A program made the position numbers and the translations under genes. Below the pieces are notes generated by a model. The model ran no database searches. It was not told the DNA's origin and saw nothing but the letters and a program-made list of their open reading frames with translations. This document shows, piece by piece, positions 8,099 through 18,120 of a stretch of DNA of 28,672 bases (position 1 is its first letter; the number at the start of each line of letters is the position of its first letter). The DNA is taken from contig JBFMGO010000080.1 of the NCBI GenBank assembly GCA_040752695.1, positions 1 to 28,672 of the forward strand, given 5' to 3'. Source of the stretch: a bacterium. Lineage in GTDB: Bacteria > SZUA-182 > DTGQ01.

Positions 8099-9141
8099 CC
8101 GAGGGGAAAACTGCTCACTGCATTTAAAGAAAAAATCTTTTCTCCTTCTAAGAAATTTCCTGCCGCCTTCCGAAAAAAGCCCGCTGCTGCGATCATGGCT
8201 GCATTATCTGTACACAGTAAGGGCGGTGGATAATAAACCTGTAAGTTCAATTTTTGCGCATTTTCCAGAGCCTTATTTCGAAGGCAGGAATTGCAGGCCA
8301 CACCGCCTGCCAAAACCAACCGATCTATGCGCTTAAGCTGACAGGCCCTGATAGCCTTGAAAACGAGGGTATCCACTACCGCCTCCTGAAAGGAGGCTGC
8401 AATGTCCCGGATCGCAGGGGAAACCTCCTGCAACGAGGGTATGACGTGAATCTTGAGGGAATCTTTTTTCGACTGCACGTAGTTCAGGACAGAGGTCTTC
8501 AATCCGCTGAAACTAAAATCGAAACTATCTTTCTCCAGAAGGACGCGGGGAAATTGAACCGCTGCCGGATCGCCGGTCCTGGCCAACCGATCAATGATCG
8601 GCCCTCCCGGATAGCCAAGCTGAAGAATCTTGGCAACCTTGTCGAATGCCTCTCCAGCAGCATCATCCCGTGTCCCTCCCAAAAATTCGTAATCAGTATG
8701 GCTATGAACTGCAAAGAGGCTGGTATGCCCCCCTGAAACCACCAGGGCGATAAAGGGAAACTCCAAATGGGGATAGGCCAGAAAAATCGCCTTGATATGT
8801 CCCTCGATATGGTTAATGGAGATAAGTGGCTTTTTTTTTACAAAGGCAAGGGTTTTGGCCACAGATATCCCGATCAGCAATGACCCGACCAGACCGGGGC
8901 CTACCGTTACGGCAATGGCATCAAGATCGTCCAGGGCCATCGCAGCTTCTCGCAGAACCTTTTGCAGGATCGGAATTATCGCCTCCATATGCCTGCGCGC
9001 CGCAATTTCCGGTACTACACCTCCAAACTTGCGGTGTGCCGGAATCTGAGAGGCAATCTCCTGGCCGATGATGTTTACTCCATCCTGGACAATCGCGACC
9101 GAGGTCTCATCACAGGAGGATTCAATCCCCAGAATATTCAT
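8095..9141 (-). CDS. tsaD: tRNA N6-adenosine threonylcarbamoyltransferase TsaD
   Basis: LGIESSCDET, GGVVPEIAAR, HIEGH metal motif, DDAAGEAFDK, FSFSGLKT, CTDNAAMI. Confidence 0.97.
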   Translation of the reverse strand: MNILGIESSCDETSVAIVQDGVNIIGQEIASQIPAHRKFGGVVPEIAARRHMEAIIPILQKVLREAAMALDDLDAIAVTVGPGLVGSLLIGISVAKTLAFVKKKPLISINHIEGHIKAIFLAYPHLEFPFIALVVSGGHTSLFAVHSHTDYEFLGGTRDDAAGEAFDKVAKILQLGYPGGPIIDRLARTGDPAAVQFPRVLLEKDSFDFSFSGLKTSVLNYVQSKKDSLKIHVIPSLQEVSPAIRDIAASFQEAVVDTLVFKAIRACQLKRIDRLVLAGGVACNSCLRNKALENAQKLNLQVYYPPPLLCTDNAAMIAAAGFFRKAAGNFLEGEKIFSLNAVSSFPLG

Positions 9142-9250
9142 TATGATTTTACCCGCTCACCTTAATGAATCAATGCCAATAAAAATACAAAAAATCCATA
9201 GCGTTTAAGTGTTTATATATTTTTTGTTGTATTGTTTTTTGTTTTTTCCT

Positions 9251-10480
9251 TTATTCCACCAGTTTCGATACGGGAACCAGCTTGATCCCCCGCTCCTTGA
9301 ATCTTGGAGCGGCCTGTCTCAGCGCCTGAATCGTCACCGGATGCAGATGCCCTATGCCGATGGCTTTGCCATGCTCCTCAGCCTTTCCGATCAAAATATC
9401 AATTTGGTTTTTAATGTAATCCAGGTCTTTTTCATTATCTATGAATACATGACGATGAGCGCTCAGGACTCCCATCTCACGGGCCAGTTCATAACCGATA
9501 CTGTGAGGAGTGGTACGGCTGTCTAAAAAGTACAACCCACGGCTTTTCAGCTCATCGAGAATCACACGCATGGCATTTTTGTCCTCCAGCATCAGGGACC
9601 CCATATGGTTATTCACCCCTTTTGCCCAGGGGACATCCCGAAGGCCGGAATCCAGAATCGAGAGCATCTTTTGTCTGCTCATGCTAACCATCAGGGTATT
9701 CTCCTCACAATTCAACGAGGCGCACTGATGGGGCTCCATGGGAAGATGAAGAATGACTTCACAGGACTTACGGTGAGCCTTTTGGGCAAACTCTTTGGAA
9801 AAGGGATGATGCGGCAGGATGGATACGGTCATAATCATGTTCAAAGAGAGCAGAGATTGCGCCAGTTGACGATTATAGCCCAGATCGTCAATCACCAGAG
9901 CGACCATGGGCTCATACTTCCGCCTGGCCGATTGAGGAGCCTTTAGGCAGTTCTTCCTTTGGAAAACGAGGACATAGCAAAAGGTCCGTGCCTCTTTGCG
10001 GCCCAGGTAAAAAGTCATTTGGTGCTCTTGGCTCAGGGGCCATTCAGGCCCCTGAAAAATCTTTCCCCCCCGGTCATGAACCAGACCAAGGACAATCTCC
10101 CGAATTCTTCCCCAGGCGATATCTTCCTGAAATACGACCACCCGCTTGAAGCCGGCAGGGAGCAAAGACTGATCGCCGCTCCCGCCAAAGGTTACCCTTT
10201 CTAAACCCATTCCCGTGAGAGTTGTCCGAAGTGCCAGGTCGAATTCCTGAGCCCACAAAGAGCCCTCTTCCCCTTCATTCAAAGGGGTTGTCGGTGACGA
10301 CGGGATCAAAAAAGAGTCTCTGAACCGGGCCTCCAGAAATGCCCGCACATATTCTGTGCCTTTGCTAAATTTGCCCTGGTTATTTCGTATGCATACAGAG
10401 CAAATCCCAAGGAGTCCCAGGAGAATCAGAGCTGGTATTCCCCATCTTCTGGAGCGTCCTCTCTTCTTTCTTCTTCCCAT
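9251..10480 (-). CDS. Divergent polysaccharide deacetylase family protein (YibQ-like) with N-terminal membrane anchor
   Basis: ALVIDDLG, ILHLPMEP, GVNNHMGS, FLDSRT, HVFID, IGIGH; basic N-terminus followed by a hydrophobic helix; typical neighbour of ctpA. Confidence 0.9.
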   Translation of the reverse strand: MGRRKKRGRSRRWGIPALILLGLLGICSVCIRNNQGKFSKGTEYVRAFLEARFRDSFLIPSSPTTPLNEGEEGSLWAQEFDLALRTTLTGMGLERVTFGGSGDQSLLPAGFKRVVVFQEDIAWGRIREIVLGLVHDRGGKIFQGPEWPLSQEHQMTFYLGRKEARTFCYVLVFQRKNCLKAPQSARRKYEPMVALVIDDLGYNRQLAQSLLSLNMIMTVSILPHHPFSKEFAQKAHRKSCEVILHLPMEPHQCASLNCEENTLMVSMSRQKMLSILDSGLRDVPWAKGVNNHMGSLMLEDKNAMRVILDELKSRGLYFLDSRTTPHSIGYELAREMGVLSAHRHVFIDNEKDLDYIKNQIDILIGKAEEHGKAIGIGHLHPVTIQALRQAAPRFKERGIKLVPVSKLVE

Positions 10481-10502
10481 CTTCTTCTCGAAAGAGGCTC
10501 AC

Positions 10503-11846
10503 TTACAGCTTCTTGCTTATATTCAGGATCTTGGAAGCCTTGATAATATCAATGGCATGCTGCAACTGCAGATCCTCGAAATATTTCGTCTCCTCTTTGT
10601 CTTTTTGAGAATTGGGATCGGTTTCGGGTATCTCCTCACTCTCGTTTTCAGGTTCTATCGACTTCTTGCGGTTTTCCATATCGACCAGGTCTTTTTCCCG
10701 GATAGCGTGCTCCTCGGAAATGATCATCTTTTTATCTTCCAGCCGCATATTTTCAACCAGAATATCCGGCTCGATGCCCTTGGCATGGATAGAGGTCCCT
10801 TTCGGCGTATAATACTTGGCCGTGGTCAGGCGCAAGGCGGAACCGTCCGATAAGGGATAGATCGTCTGAACCGAACCTTTACCGAAGGTCTTGGTACCCA
10901 CAATTACAGCCCTTCCCCAATCCTTCAGTGCCCCGGCTACAATTTCGGAAGCGCTGGCGCTGCCTGCATTGACCAAGACAACCATCGGCATTCCTTTGGG
11001 AAGTAAAGAATCATGGGTTGATTTAAAGACAATGGTCTGCTCGTCTCCTCTGCCTCTGGTGCTGACGATCACATACCCTTTGGGGAGAAATTTATCAGCC
11101 ACATCCACAGCGACACTCAAGAGTCCGCCGGCGTTAAACCTCTCATCGAGAATGAGACCGTCAAGGTCCTGAATTTTCATGCTTTTCAGTTCCTTCACCA
11201 TGTCCTTGGCCGTATTCTCCTGGAACTGGCGCAGCCTGATATAACCGATCTTATCTATGACTTTGGAAGTTACACTAGCCAGCTTTATGACGCCCCGCAT
11301 GATAGTGAATTCTTTCGGCTTTTCATAGTCCTTACGCATTATCATGAGGTTAACCTTGGTTCCCTTGGGCCCCTTTATCCTCTTGGCAGCTTCGGCAAGG
11401 GACATATCCCTGGTGGAAACATCGTCAATCTTTAAGATCTGATCCTCAGCTTTGAGGCCGCCCTTAAAGGCAGGAGTGCCCTCCATGGGAGATACGATCG
11501 TCAAGATCCCATCCCGGATGGTAATCTCGATGCCGATCCCCTCAAACTTTCCCTGCGTATCGACCTGCATCTCCTTGTACATATCCGGAGTCATAAAGGA
11601 ACTGTGCGGATCAAGGGTTTGAAGCATGCCTTTTATCGCTCCATACACAAGGTCCTTGACCTGGAATTCATCCACATAGTTGCTCTGCACCTTGGAAAGT
11701 ACCTCGCTGAAGATCCGAAGATCCTCATAGGATTCCTTTCCGGAGACCGTCCGGTTTCCCAGACTGAAAATTCCTCCCATGAAGAGAACGATTACCAAAA
11801 GGGTATATAAAATAATCCTTTTTTTCTTTTGCACTTCTTTTTCCAT
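10503..11846 (-). CDS. ctpA: S41 carboxyl-terminal processing protease (PDZ)
   Basis: LDPHS, GIGIEI PDZ entry, GSASASEIVAGAL (catalytic Ser), TFGKGSVQ (Lys). Start placed at ATG 11846 (GAGGAG RBS); the ORF track starts at 11867. Confidence 0.93.
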   Translation of the reverse strand: MEKEVQKKKRIILYTLLVIVLFMGGIFSLGNRTVSGKESYEDLRIFSEVLSKVQSNYVDEFQVKDLVYGAIKGMLQTLDPHSSFMTPDMYKEMQVDTQGKFEGIGIEITIRDGILTIVSPMEGTPAFKGGLKAEDQILKIDDVSTRDMSLAEAAKRIKGPKGTKVNLMIMRKDYEKPKEFTIMRGVIKLASVTSKVIDKIGYIRLRQFQENTAKDMVKELKSMKIQDLDGLILDERFNAGGLLSVAVDVADKFLPKGYVIVSTRGRGDEQTIVFKSTHDSLLPKGMPMVVLVNAGSASASEIVAGALKDWGRAVIVGTKTFGKGSVQTIYPLSDGSALRLTTAKYYTPKGTSIHAKGIEPDILVENMRLEDKKMIISEEHAIREKDLVDMENRKKSIEPENESEEIPETDPNSQKDKEETKYFEDLQLQHAIDIIKASKILNISKKL

Positions 11847-11889
11847 TTTTATCTCCTCGAAGTTCATTTTAAATGACCTTACCTTCCAT

Positions 11890-13095
11890 CTATTGCAGCC
11901 ATTTCAGGGGATCCACCGGGTCTCCCTGGCAGCGGATCTCAAAATATAACTGGGGCTCACGAACGGTGCCGGTATCACCTATTCGGGCTATGAGCTGTCG
12001 CTCCTGCACGAAATCTCCACAGCCTACCAGCAATTCGGCAGCATGCGCATAAATACTGCAATATCCTTCTCCGTGATCCACGATCAATAATTTTCCATAT
12101 CCGATACACCAATCTGCATAAACCACCTTTCCCGAGTAAATGGAGTATATTTCCGCTCCTGCCGGCGCCTGAATCGTAATTCCTTTCTGCAAGATTGAAG
12201 CTCTCGGTGTTGATTCCACATTTGGTTTGCCGAAAGGAGCAAGAGAAATGACCTTCCCGCGGGTAGGCCAAAAGAGCCTGCCTTTCCTGGCGGAAAACCC
12301 GGACGCCGGGGATTGCCGCTGCTGCAGCCGATTCTTCTCCAGGTCGGTCAAAAGGATTTGAATGTTATGCAAGCGACTCGATAATCCCTGATGGGTGAGT
12401 TGACACTCTGTTTCCTCTTTCCGAAGCGCATCAAGGTACATCTTTTTTTCTTTTTTATTGTTAAGCCACTGCCGTTCCTGTTCAACCGTTCTCCTTTGAA
12501 GCTCTTCGATTTCCTGTTGGTAGAGGAGCATCTTCTCTTTTTTCACCTGAAGATCTTCCACCTGACGGGAAAATGTTCGGATCAATCGAGAGTCCTCTTT
12601 TGCAATCAATCTCATGTAGCTCACCTTTTGCGAAAGCTCTATCAGGGAGCCAGAATCCAGGATTACCCGCCAGAACCGCAAAGGCCCTGCCTTGTACAGA
12701 GATCGAATGCGCAAGGTCAGGAAATTTTTTTGCCCGGCCAGGGAGTCTTGCAACTGGTTCATTTCTTGAACCAGGTCTTCCTGTTTCTTTTTCTGTACAC
12801 TTATTTTATCGTCCAGTACCTCACGCTTATACCTGTACTTTTCAATATGCTGGTCAATAATTTCGATTTTCTGGAGAATGTCCTGTTCTCCAGCCTGCAT
12901 TTTTTTTCTTTTTTCCTCATTCTCTCGAATCTTCTCTTCGATTGCCCTTACCTTTTTCCGGGCCTGTTCGATCCGGTCCTGTGATGAGTCGGGCTTTTTC
13001 GCGTAGCCTGACGTGCATGAAAGAGCCAGGAGGAGTAACGCCAGAGCGTACCGTAAGGATTTATCATACCTGTTTTCTCTCCGAAAAGCAATCAT
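11890..13095 (-). CDS. envC: Murein hydrolase activator EnvC (coiled coil plus degenerate M23 domain)
   Basis: Signal peptide, long coiled coil, LytM domain lacking Zn ligands (QKGITI, PQLYFEIR); directly downstream of ftsEX. Confidence 0.85.
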   Translation of the reverse strand: MIAFRRENRYDKSLRYALALLLLALSCTSGYAKKPDSSQDRIEQARKKVRAIEEKIRENEEKRKKMQAGEQDILQKIEIIDQHIEKYRYKREVLDDKISVQKKKQEDLVQEMNQLQDSLAGQKNFLTLRIRSLYKAGPLRFWRVILDSGSLIELSQKVSYMRLIAKEDSRLIRTFSRQVEDLQVKKEKMLLYQQEIEELQRRTVEQERQWLNNKKEKKMYLDALRKEETECQLTHQGLSSRLHNIQILLTDLEKNRLQQRQSPASGFSARKGRLFWPTRGKVISLAPFGKPNVESTPRASILQKGITIQAPAGAEIYSIYSGKVVYADWCIGYGKLLIVDHGEGYCSIYAHAAELLVGCGDFVQERQLIARIGDTGTVREPQLYFEIRCQGDPVDPLKWLQ

Positions 13096-13115
13096 TTCCG
13101 AGCATTATCCTGATC

Positions 13116-14018
13116 TTACGCCGAGTGGTAGGAAAATGAAACCATAGCTCCCAGCCCCCCAACGAACAGTCCCAAAAGAAGGATGAAAAACATCTCTTCA
13201 GGCTCCAGAAAGCAAACCGCAGATGCCCCGAAGATCATATCAAGAAAAGGACTCACCTTCCAGCAAAAGGCGTAGTGTAATACCGCAGAGGTCACAATCG
13301 CTAAGCCGCCCCCGATAAATCCCTCCAGCATACCCTCGATGAGAAAGGGAAAGCGAATATACCAGTTACTCGCTCCCACGAGGCGCATGACCGCGATTTC
13401 GTCCCGCTTGCGATCGATGGTCAGATGAATGGTGCTGGCCGTGATAAACAGGGCTATGGCAGTCAATACGGTCCCAAGGAGAAAGAGAACCAGGCGGACA
13501 GTGGTTAAAAGGTTCGATAGCTTTTCTATCCACTCCACTCCTCCCTGGACACTCTCCACTTCGGGCATGCTGGCCAGGTGCTGCAGAAGGGGCTTAAACT
13601 GATCGGGCTCTTTCAGATTGGGACTCAAAGACAATTCCAGTGAGGCAGGCAAAGGATTGGTGTCAAGACCGTCTAACAGACTGGCATCTTCTCCGAGTGT
13701 CTCTCTGAATTCCTTCAGAGCCGCTGCCTTGGAGACAAAGCGGATTCCGGTGATTCCGTCACAACCGGCGAGTGACTGCTGAAGCAGAGAGATCTGCGGC
13801 TGCTTCAGATTATCCCGAAGGTATAAAACAACCTGGATATTTTTTGCTGAATCAAGAGCTTTGGAGAGGTTCGAGAAGGCCATGAAGTACAGACACAACA
13901 AAAGAAGCGAGCAGGCGATGCTCACAACAGCTACCCCTGCTGAAATTCCGGCAGATTTAATACCTTGCACTCCCTGACGAAGAAGATATGAGAGCTGGCG
14001 AACCCTACAGATGAACAA
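13116..14018 (-). CDS. ftsX: Cell division permease FtsX
   Basis: NPLPAS motif, EIAVMRLVGASNWYIRFPFLIEG, four hydrophobic segments; TTG start overlapping the ftsE end. Confidence 0.92.
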   Translation of the reverse strand: MFICRVRQLSYLLRQGVQGIKSAGISAGVAVVSIACSLLLLCLYFMAFSNLSKALDSAKNIQVVLYLRDNLKQPQISLLQQSLAGCDGITGIRFVSKAAALKEFRETLGEDASLLDGLDTNPLPASLELSLSPNLKEPDQFKPLLQHLASMPEVESVQGGVEWIEKLSNLLTTVRLVLFLLGTVLTAIALFITASTIHLTIDRKRDEIAVMRLVGASNWYIRFPFLIEGMLEGFIGGGLAIVTSAVLHYAFCWKVSPFLDMIFGASAVCFLEPEEMFFILLLGLFVGGLGAMVSFSYHSA

Positions 14019-14691
14019 TTTTACCTTCTCTCAAGTAAATGACGCGCCTTTTCATCTCCTCGACAATCCGCATATTATGGGTTGCCATCAGCACTGCCGT
14101 GCCCTGGATGTTGATATCCATGAAAAGCTCCATAATATCACGAGCCATATCTGTATCCAGGTTTCCGGTTGGCTCGTCCGCCAGGAGCAAAACAGGGTCA
14201 TTTACGATCGCGCGCGCGATGGATACCCTCTGTTGTTCTCCCCCTGATAACCTTCTCGGATACTGATCCTTCTTATGCCCCAGGCCGACCCGCTTTAAGG
14301 AGTTCCATACTCTTCTTTCGATTTCGGACCTCGATTTACCCAGAACCTGGAGCACATAAGCGACATTCTCAAAAACTGTCTTGGAGTGAATCAGTTTGAA
14401 ATCCTGAAAGACCACGCCAATTCTACGGCGAAGCTGATAGACCTGGCTGTCTTTCATGGTATTGAGATTCCTGCCTTGAACGAGAATCTGCCCGGAAGAA
14501 ACCCTCTCTTCACGGAAAATGAGCCGCATCAGGGTCGTCTTCCCTGCTCCGCTCGGGCCGACCAGATAAACCATCTCTCCCGGTTCAAGGCGCAGATTGA
14601 TATCGACCAGGGCACTGCAATTGCCGTCAAATGTTTTGGAAACATGAAACATCTGGACAATGCCCGATAGGGAGGCCGATAAAGATTCCAT
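14005..14691 (-). CDS. ftsE: Cell division ATP-binding protein FtsE
   Basis: [39 protein letters not shown]. Confidence 0.95.
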   Translation of the reverse strand: MESLSASLSGIVQMFHVSKTFDGNCSALVDINLRLEPGEMVYLVGPSGAGKTTLMRLIFREERVSSGQILVQGRNLNTMKDSQVYQLRRRIGVVFQDFKLIHSKTVFENVAYVLQVLGKSRSEIERRVWNSLKRVGLGHKKDQYPRRLSGGEQQRVSIARAIVNDPVLLLADEPTGNLDTDMARDIMELFMDINIQGTAVLMATHNMRIVEEMKRRVIYLREGKIVHL

Positions 14692-14704
14692 TGGCAGTCT
14701 CTTT

Positions 14705-15655
14705 TTAAGACCTCTTCTTTCTGGCTATCATTTCCTTAACAGCCTGAACAATAGCCTCCGCTGTCAAGCCGTAATGAGTCAAAAGCTTTTCAGCGTCACC
14801 CGAAATGCCGAAGCAATCCCGAACGCCGATTCTTTTCAGGGGCACCGGCCAATGCTCTGATATGACTTCAGCCACCGCACTGCCCAGTCCTCCGATAATC
14901 GAATGCTCTTCAGCAGTCACGATGGCGCCGGTTTCCCGGGCTGCGGCCAGAATGGCCTCCTGATCGATGGGCTTTATGGTCGACATGTTCAAAAGACGGG
15001 CATGAATCCCTTCCTTTTTTAATATCTCCAGTGCCTGTATGGCCCGGTTGATCATAATACCGATGGCGATCACGGTAGCATCCGACCCATCCTCTAAAAG
15101 AGCCGCTTTCCCTTTTTGGAAGCGGTAGTGAGAATCAAAAACCACCGGGAATTTGCACCTGCTCAGGCGCACATAACAGGGGCTTTTATCGTTATTGACC
15201 AGGTACTCTATCGCTTTTTCCGTCTCGATTCCATCTGCCGGTACGATGATACTCATATTGGGCAGGCTCCGCATGAGGGCGATATCCTCATTGGCCTGAT
15301 GGGTTGCACTGTCCTCACCCACGGTAACGCCGGCGTGTGTTGCTACGATCTTGACATTTTGCATGGAATAGCATATCGACTGGCGAACCTGATCCCACGC
15401 CCTGCCGGTAGCAAAAACAGCAAAACTGCTCACAAAGGGTATTTTTCCGGAGGCAGCCAATCCTGCCGCGGTCGCTATCATGTCCTGCTCGGCTATGCCG
15501 ATATTGAAAAATCTTTCCGGAAAAGCCTTGGCAAACTTTTCGGTCCGGGTCGAACAAGAAAGATCTGCATCCAGAACCACAATTTTAGAGTTTTGCTCTC
15601 CCAATCTTACCAGCACATCTCCGTAACAATCTCTTGTTCCTAAACTTTGGATCAT
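14705..15655 (-). CDS. Transketolase C-terminal subunit (split transketolase)
   Basis: LDADL, RFFNIGIAEQDM, GEDSATHQ, EEHSIIGGLG. Confidence 0.92.
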   Translation of the reverse strand: MIQSLGTRDCYGDVLVRLGEQNSKIVVLDADLSCSTRTEKFAKAFPERFFNIGIAEQDMIATAAGLAASGKIPFVSSFAVFATGRAWDQVRQSICYSMQNVKIVATHAGVTVGEDSATHQANEDIALMRSLPNMSIIVPADGIETEKAIEYLVNNDKSPCYVRLSRCKFPVVFDSHYRFQKGKAALLEDGSDATVIAIGIMINRAIQALEILKKEGIHARLLNMSTIKPIDQEAILAAARETGAIVTAEEHSIIGGLGSAVAEVISEHWPVPLKRIGVRDCFGISGDAEKLLTHYGLTAEAIVQAVKEMIARKKRS

Positions 15656-15658
15656 AGG

Positions 15659-16486
15659 TTACCTCAACTCCTCCAGGGCCTTCTCCAATTCTTCTTCGGT
15701 TGGAGCAACACCGTGGTATTGCACCTTGCCCTCCATAAAGGAAACACCCTTGCCTTTGATTGTGTGCGCAATGACCACGGAGGGTTTGCCTTTCACCTGT
15801 TCACAATGATCAAACGCCGATATCAAATCCTGCACATCGTGACCATCGACCTCGAAGACCTGCCACCCGAATGATTCCCACTTTCCGGCGAGCGGCTCAA
15901 TATTCTTGATTTGACATAAACATCCATCTATCTGCAGCTTATTGGCATCGATGATGCCACAGACATTATCCAGCTTATAGTGGGCGGCAGTCATGGCAGC
16001 CTCCCAGACCTGTCCCTCCTGGATTTCTCCATCCCCCATCAGAGCATATATCCTGACCGGAGATTTGTCCAGTCTGGCAGCCAGCGCCATTCCATTGGCT
16101 ACCGATAATCCCTGGCCTAAGGAACCTGTCGAGATTTCAACGCCCGGTGTGGTCAGGTTAAAAGGATGCCCTTGCAGCATCCCTCCGAACTTTCGAAGAT
16201 TCAGAAGCTCTGCTGCGTCGAAGTATCCGAGCCGGGCCAGGATGGCATAAAGGGCCGGCGCACCATGTCCCTTTGACAAGATAAACCGATCACGCTCGGC
16301 CCAACGGGGGTTTTGAGGATCATGGCGCAGTTTCACCAGGTAAAGAGCAACCAGAATCTCTATGATGGAAAGAGACCCCCCCGTATGTCCGGATTTGGCC
16401 CGATGGAGCATGCGCAGAACTTCAATTCGCAATTGACGGGCGGCCTCTTTTAATTCTAATACTTTCGTTTCCGGCAATGGTGGCAT
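15659..16486 (-). CDS. Transketolase N-terminal (TPP-binding) subunit
   Basis: GHTGGSLS, DRFILSKGH, LQGHP, STGSLGQG, GDGEIQEG TPP motif. Confidence 0.93.
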   Translation of the reverse strand: MPPLPETKVLELKEAARQLRIEVLRMLHRAKSGHTGGSLSIIEILVALYLVKLRHDPQNPRWAERDRFILSKGHGAPALYAILARLGYFDAAELLNLRKFGGMLQGHPFNLTTPGVEISTGSLGQGLSVANGMALAARLDKSPVRIYALMGDGEIQEGQVWEAAMTAAHYKLDNVCGIIDANKLQIDGCLCQIKNIEPLAGKWESFGWQVFEVDGHDVQDLISAFDHCEQVKGKPSVVIAHTIKGKGVSFMEGKVQYHGVAPTEEELEKALEELR

Positions 16487-16695
16487 GAATTATTCCTTTT
16501 TCATAACTTCAAATATTAAAGACTTTAGATTTAATAACTTACGCCTGGGCAAAAAATAGTACACCCCTATCTTTTGCACCGTTATATTCAAATGCACCCT
16601 TTTTGTCCAAAGAAATTAAGCGAGGGCTCATGCATGTTTTATCAGAATGGGTAACAATTTGGTTGGAGTTACACTGCAAGATACGTTAGATAGCA

Positions 16696-16929
16696 TTATT
16701 CCTCAAGGAGTTCCAATACGTATCTGATTTTCTCTTTCCCCCCTGCGCTCGCCAGCAGAGTTCTGATGGCTGATATGGTACGGCCCTTTTTCCCGATCAC
16801 CTTTCCGATGTCATCCTTAGCTACCTTAAGCTCGATAATCGTAGTTCTTCCTCCATCGATTTCACTGATGTTCACATCGTCGGGACTGTCTACAATCGCC
16901 TTCACAATTTTCTTAATAATGTCTCTCAT
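16696..16929 (-). CDS. khpA: KH-domain RNA-binding protein KhpA-like
   Basis: 77 aa from ATG 16929 (GGAGAGG RBS); DIGKVIGKKGRT GxxG KH loop. Confidence 0.85.
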   Translation of the reverse strand: MRDIIKKIVKAIVDSPDDVNISEIDGGRTTIIELKVAKDDIGKVIGKKGRTISAIRTLLASAGGKEKIRYVLELLEE

Positions 16930-17024
16930 ACAACCGTACCTCTCCATGCTTTGATCTTCTTTGCTCTTAGCTTCGCTTTCTCTAAATCTGTCTTTAAAAA
17001 ATTTTCCTAGCATAATGTGTTCAT

Positions 17025-17053
17025 TTTATAACAAGTTATATGATGTTTGTCAA
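17025..17053 (-). promoter_or_regulatory. Sigma70 promoter for khpA (possibly also downstream genes)
   Basis: Minus strand TTGACA-17 bp-TATAAA with TGn extension. Confidence 0.7.
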
Positions 17054-17084
17054 GAAAAAATAATGAATTTTAGAAAATCACAGA

Positions 17085-17891
17085 TTACTCAAACTTTATC
17101 TCTTTTGCCTCCTTCCACAGTTCATCCATCTCCTGAAGAGACATCTTTGCAAGATCTTTCCCTCTCTCGCGGGCCTTTTGCTCGATAAAGCGGAACCTGA
17201 AAATGAACCTGGCAATCGACCTGCTTAAAGCCTTCTCAGGATCAATCTTCATGAACCGGGCCATATTCACCAGAGCGAAAAATACATCTCCCAGCTCATC
17301 TTCCATCTCCTGTTCATTGTTCCGGGAAAAGGCAGTCTCAAATTCCGCCATCTCCTCTTTTATCTTGTCAAGAACCTGGTCTGCATGATCCCAATCAAAC
17401 CCCACCCGGGCCGCCTTTTCCTGAATTCTATGAGCTCTGAGTAACCCCGGTAACTGCCGGGGAACTCCATCCAGCACCGACTCTTTCGGGCTTTTGCCTT
17501 CAGCCCGTTTGATCTGTTCCCACCTTTCGAGTACTTCCCGACTGCTGGCCACCGTTTCCTCGCCAAAAACGTGGGGATGTCTGCGGATCAGCTTGTCGCA
17601 GATGGTTTCGATTACAGCAACGATGTCAAACTCTTTTTCTTCGGCAGCAATCCGGGCAAGAAAAATGATCTGGTACAGCAAGTCTCCCAGTTCCTCCTTG
17701 ATGTGCTCGCTGTCATCCTCATCAATGGCGGCTAAAACTTCATAGCATTCCTCAAGAAAAAAAGGTTTTATCGAGCTTTTGGTCTGCTCTTTGTCCCAGA
17801 CACAACCATGATCTCCTCTGAGGGTGGCTGCGATCTGAACCAGGTGCATGAAAGACTTTCCTACCGTGTCCTGACTCTTGTTTTCTTTCAC
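17085..17891 (-). CDS. mazG: Nucleoside triphosphate pyrophosphohydrolase MazG
   Basis: GCVWDKEQT, EECYE, EELGDLL, KLIRRHPHVF, GFDW, second-domain DELGDVFF; GTG start. Confidence 0.95.
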   Translation of the reverse strand: MKENKSQDTVGKSFMHLVQIAATLRGDHGCVWDKEQTKSSIKPFFLEECYEVLAAIDEDDSEHIKEELGDLLYQIIFLARIAAEEKEFDIVAVIETICDKLIRRHPHVFGEETVASSREVLERWEQIKRAEGKSPKESVLDGVPRQLPGLLRAHRIQEKAARVGFDWDHADQVLDKIKEEMAEFETAFSRNNEQEMEDELGDVFFALVNMARFMKIDPEKALSRSIARFIFRFRFIEQKARERGKDLAKMSLQEMDELWKEAKEIKFE

Positions 17892-18029
17892 TTTGTGGGA
17901 GGATCTCCATATTTTTTGGGTTGTCTATCCATGTTTTCATTTATGGCGATAAATGCATTACCTAAATTATATATCTATACTCATTTGATTTTCAAATCAA
18001 ATATGTGTTAGCGTGATTATTTTTTCTCC

Positions 18030-18058
18030 TTGACATTGAAAATAAATCTTGTTATTTT
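18030..18058 (+). promoter_or_regulatory. Sigma70 promoter of the hrcA operon
   Basis: TTGACA (18030-35), 17 bp spacer, TATTTT (18053-58) with TGn extension, just upstream of the CIRCE. Confidence 0.8.
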
Positions 18059-18068
18059 TAAAATTGTA

Positions 18069-18095
18069 TTAGCACTCTCCTGAATAGAGTGCTAA
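18069..18095 (+). promoter_or_regulatory. CIRCE element (HrcA operator)
   Basis: Perfect TTAGCACTC-N9-GAGTGCTAA. Confidence 0.98.
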
Positions 18096-18120
18096 CTTCA
18101 TACCTGAGGGAGAAATGTAT

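Noticed and set aside
11890..12250. M23 domain lacking Zn ligands as a sign of decay
   Set aside because: Expected for EnvC, which is a non-catalytic amidase activator.
14705..16486. Transketolase in two ORFs as a possible frameshift or pseudogene
   Set aside because: Two-subunit transketolases are common; the second gene has its own GAGGT RBS and both halves look complete.
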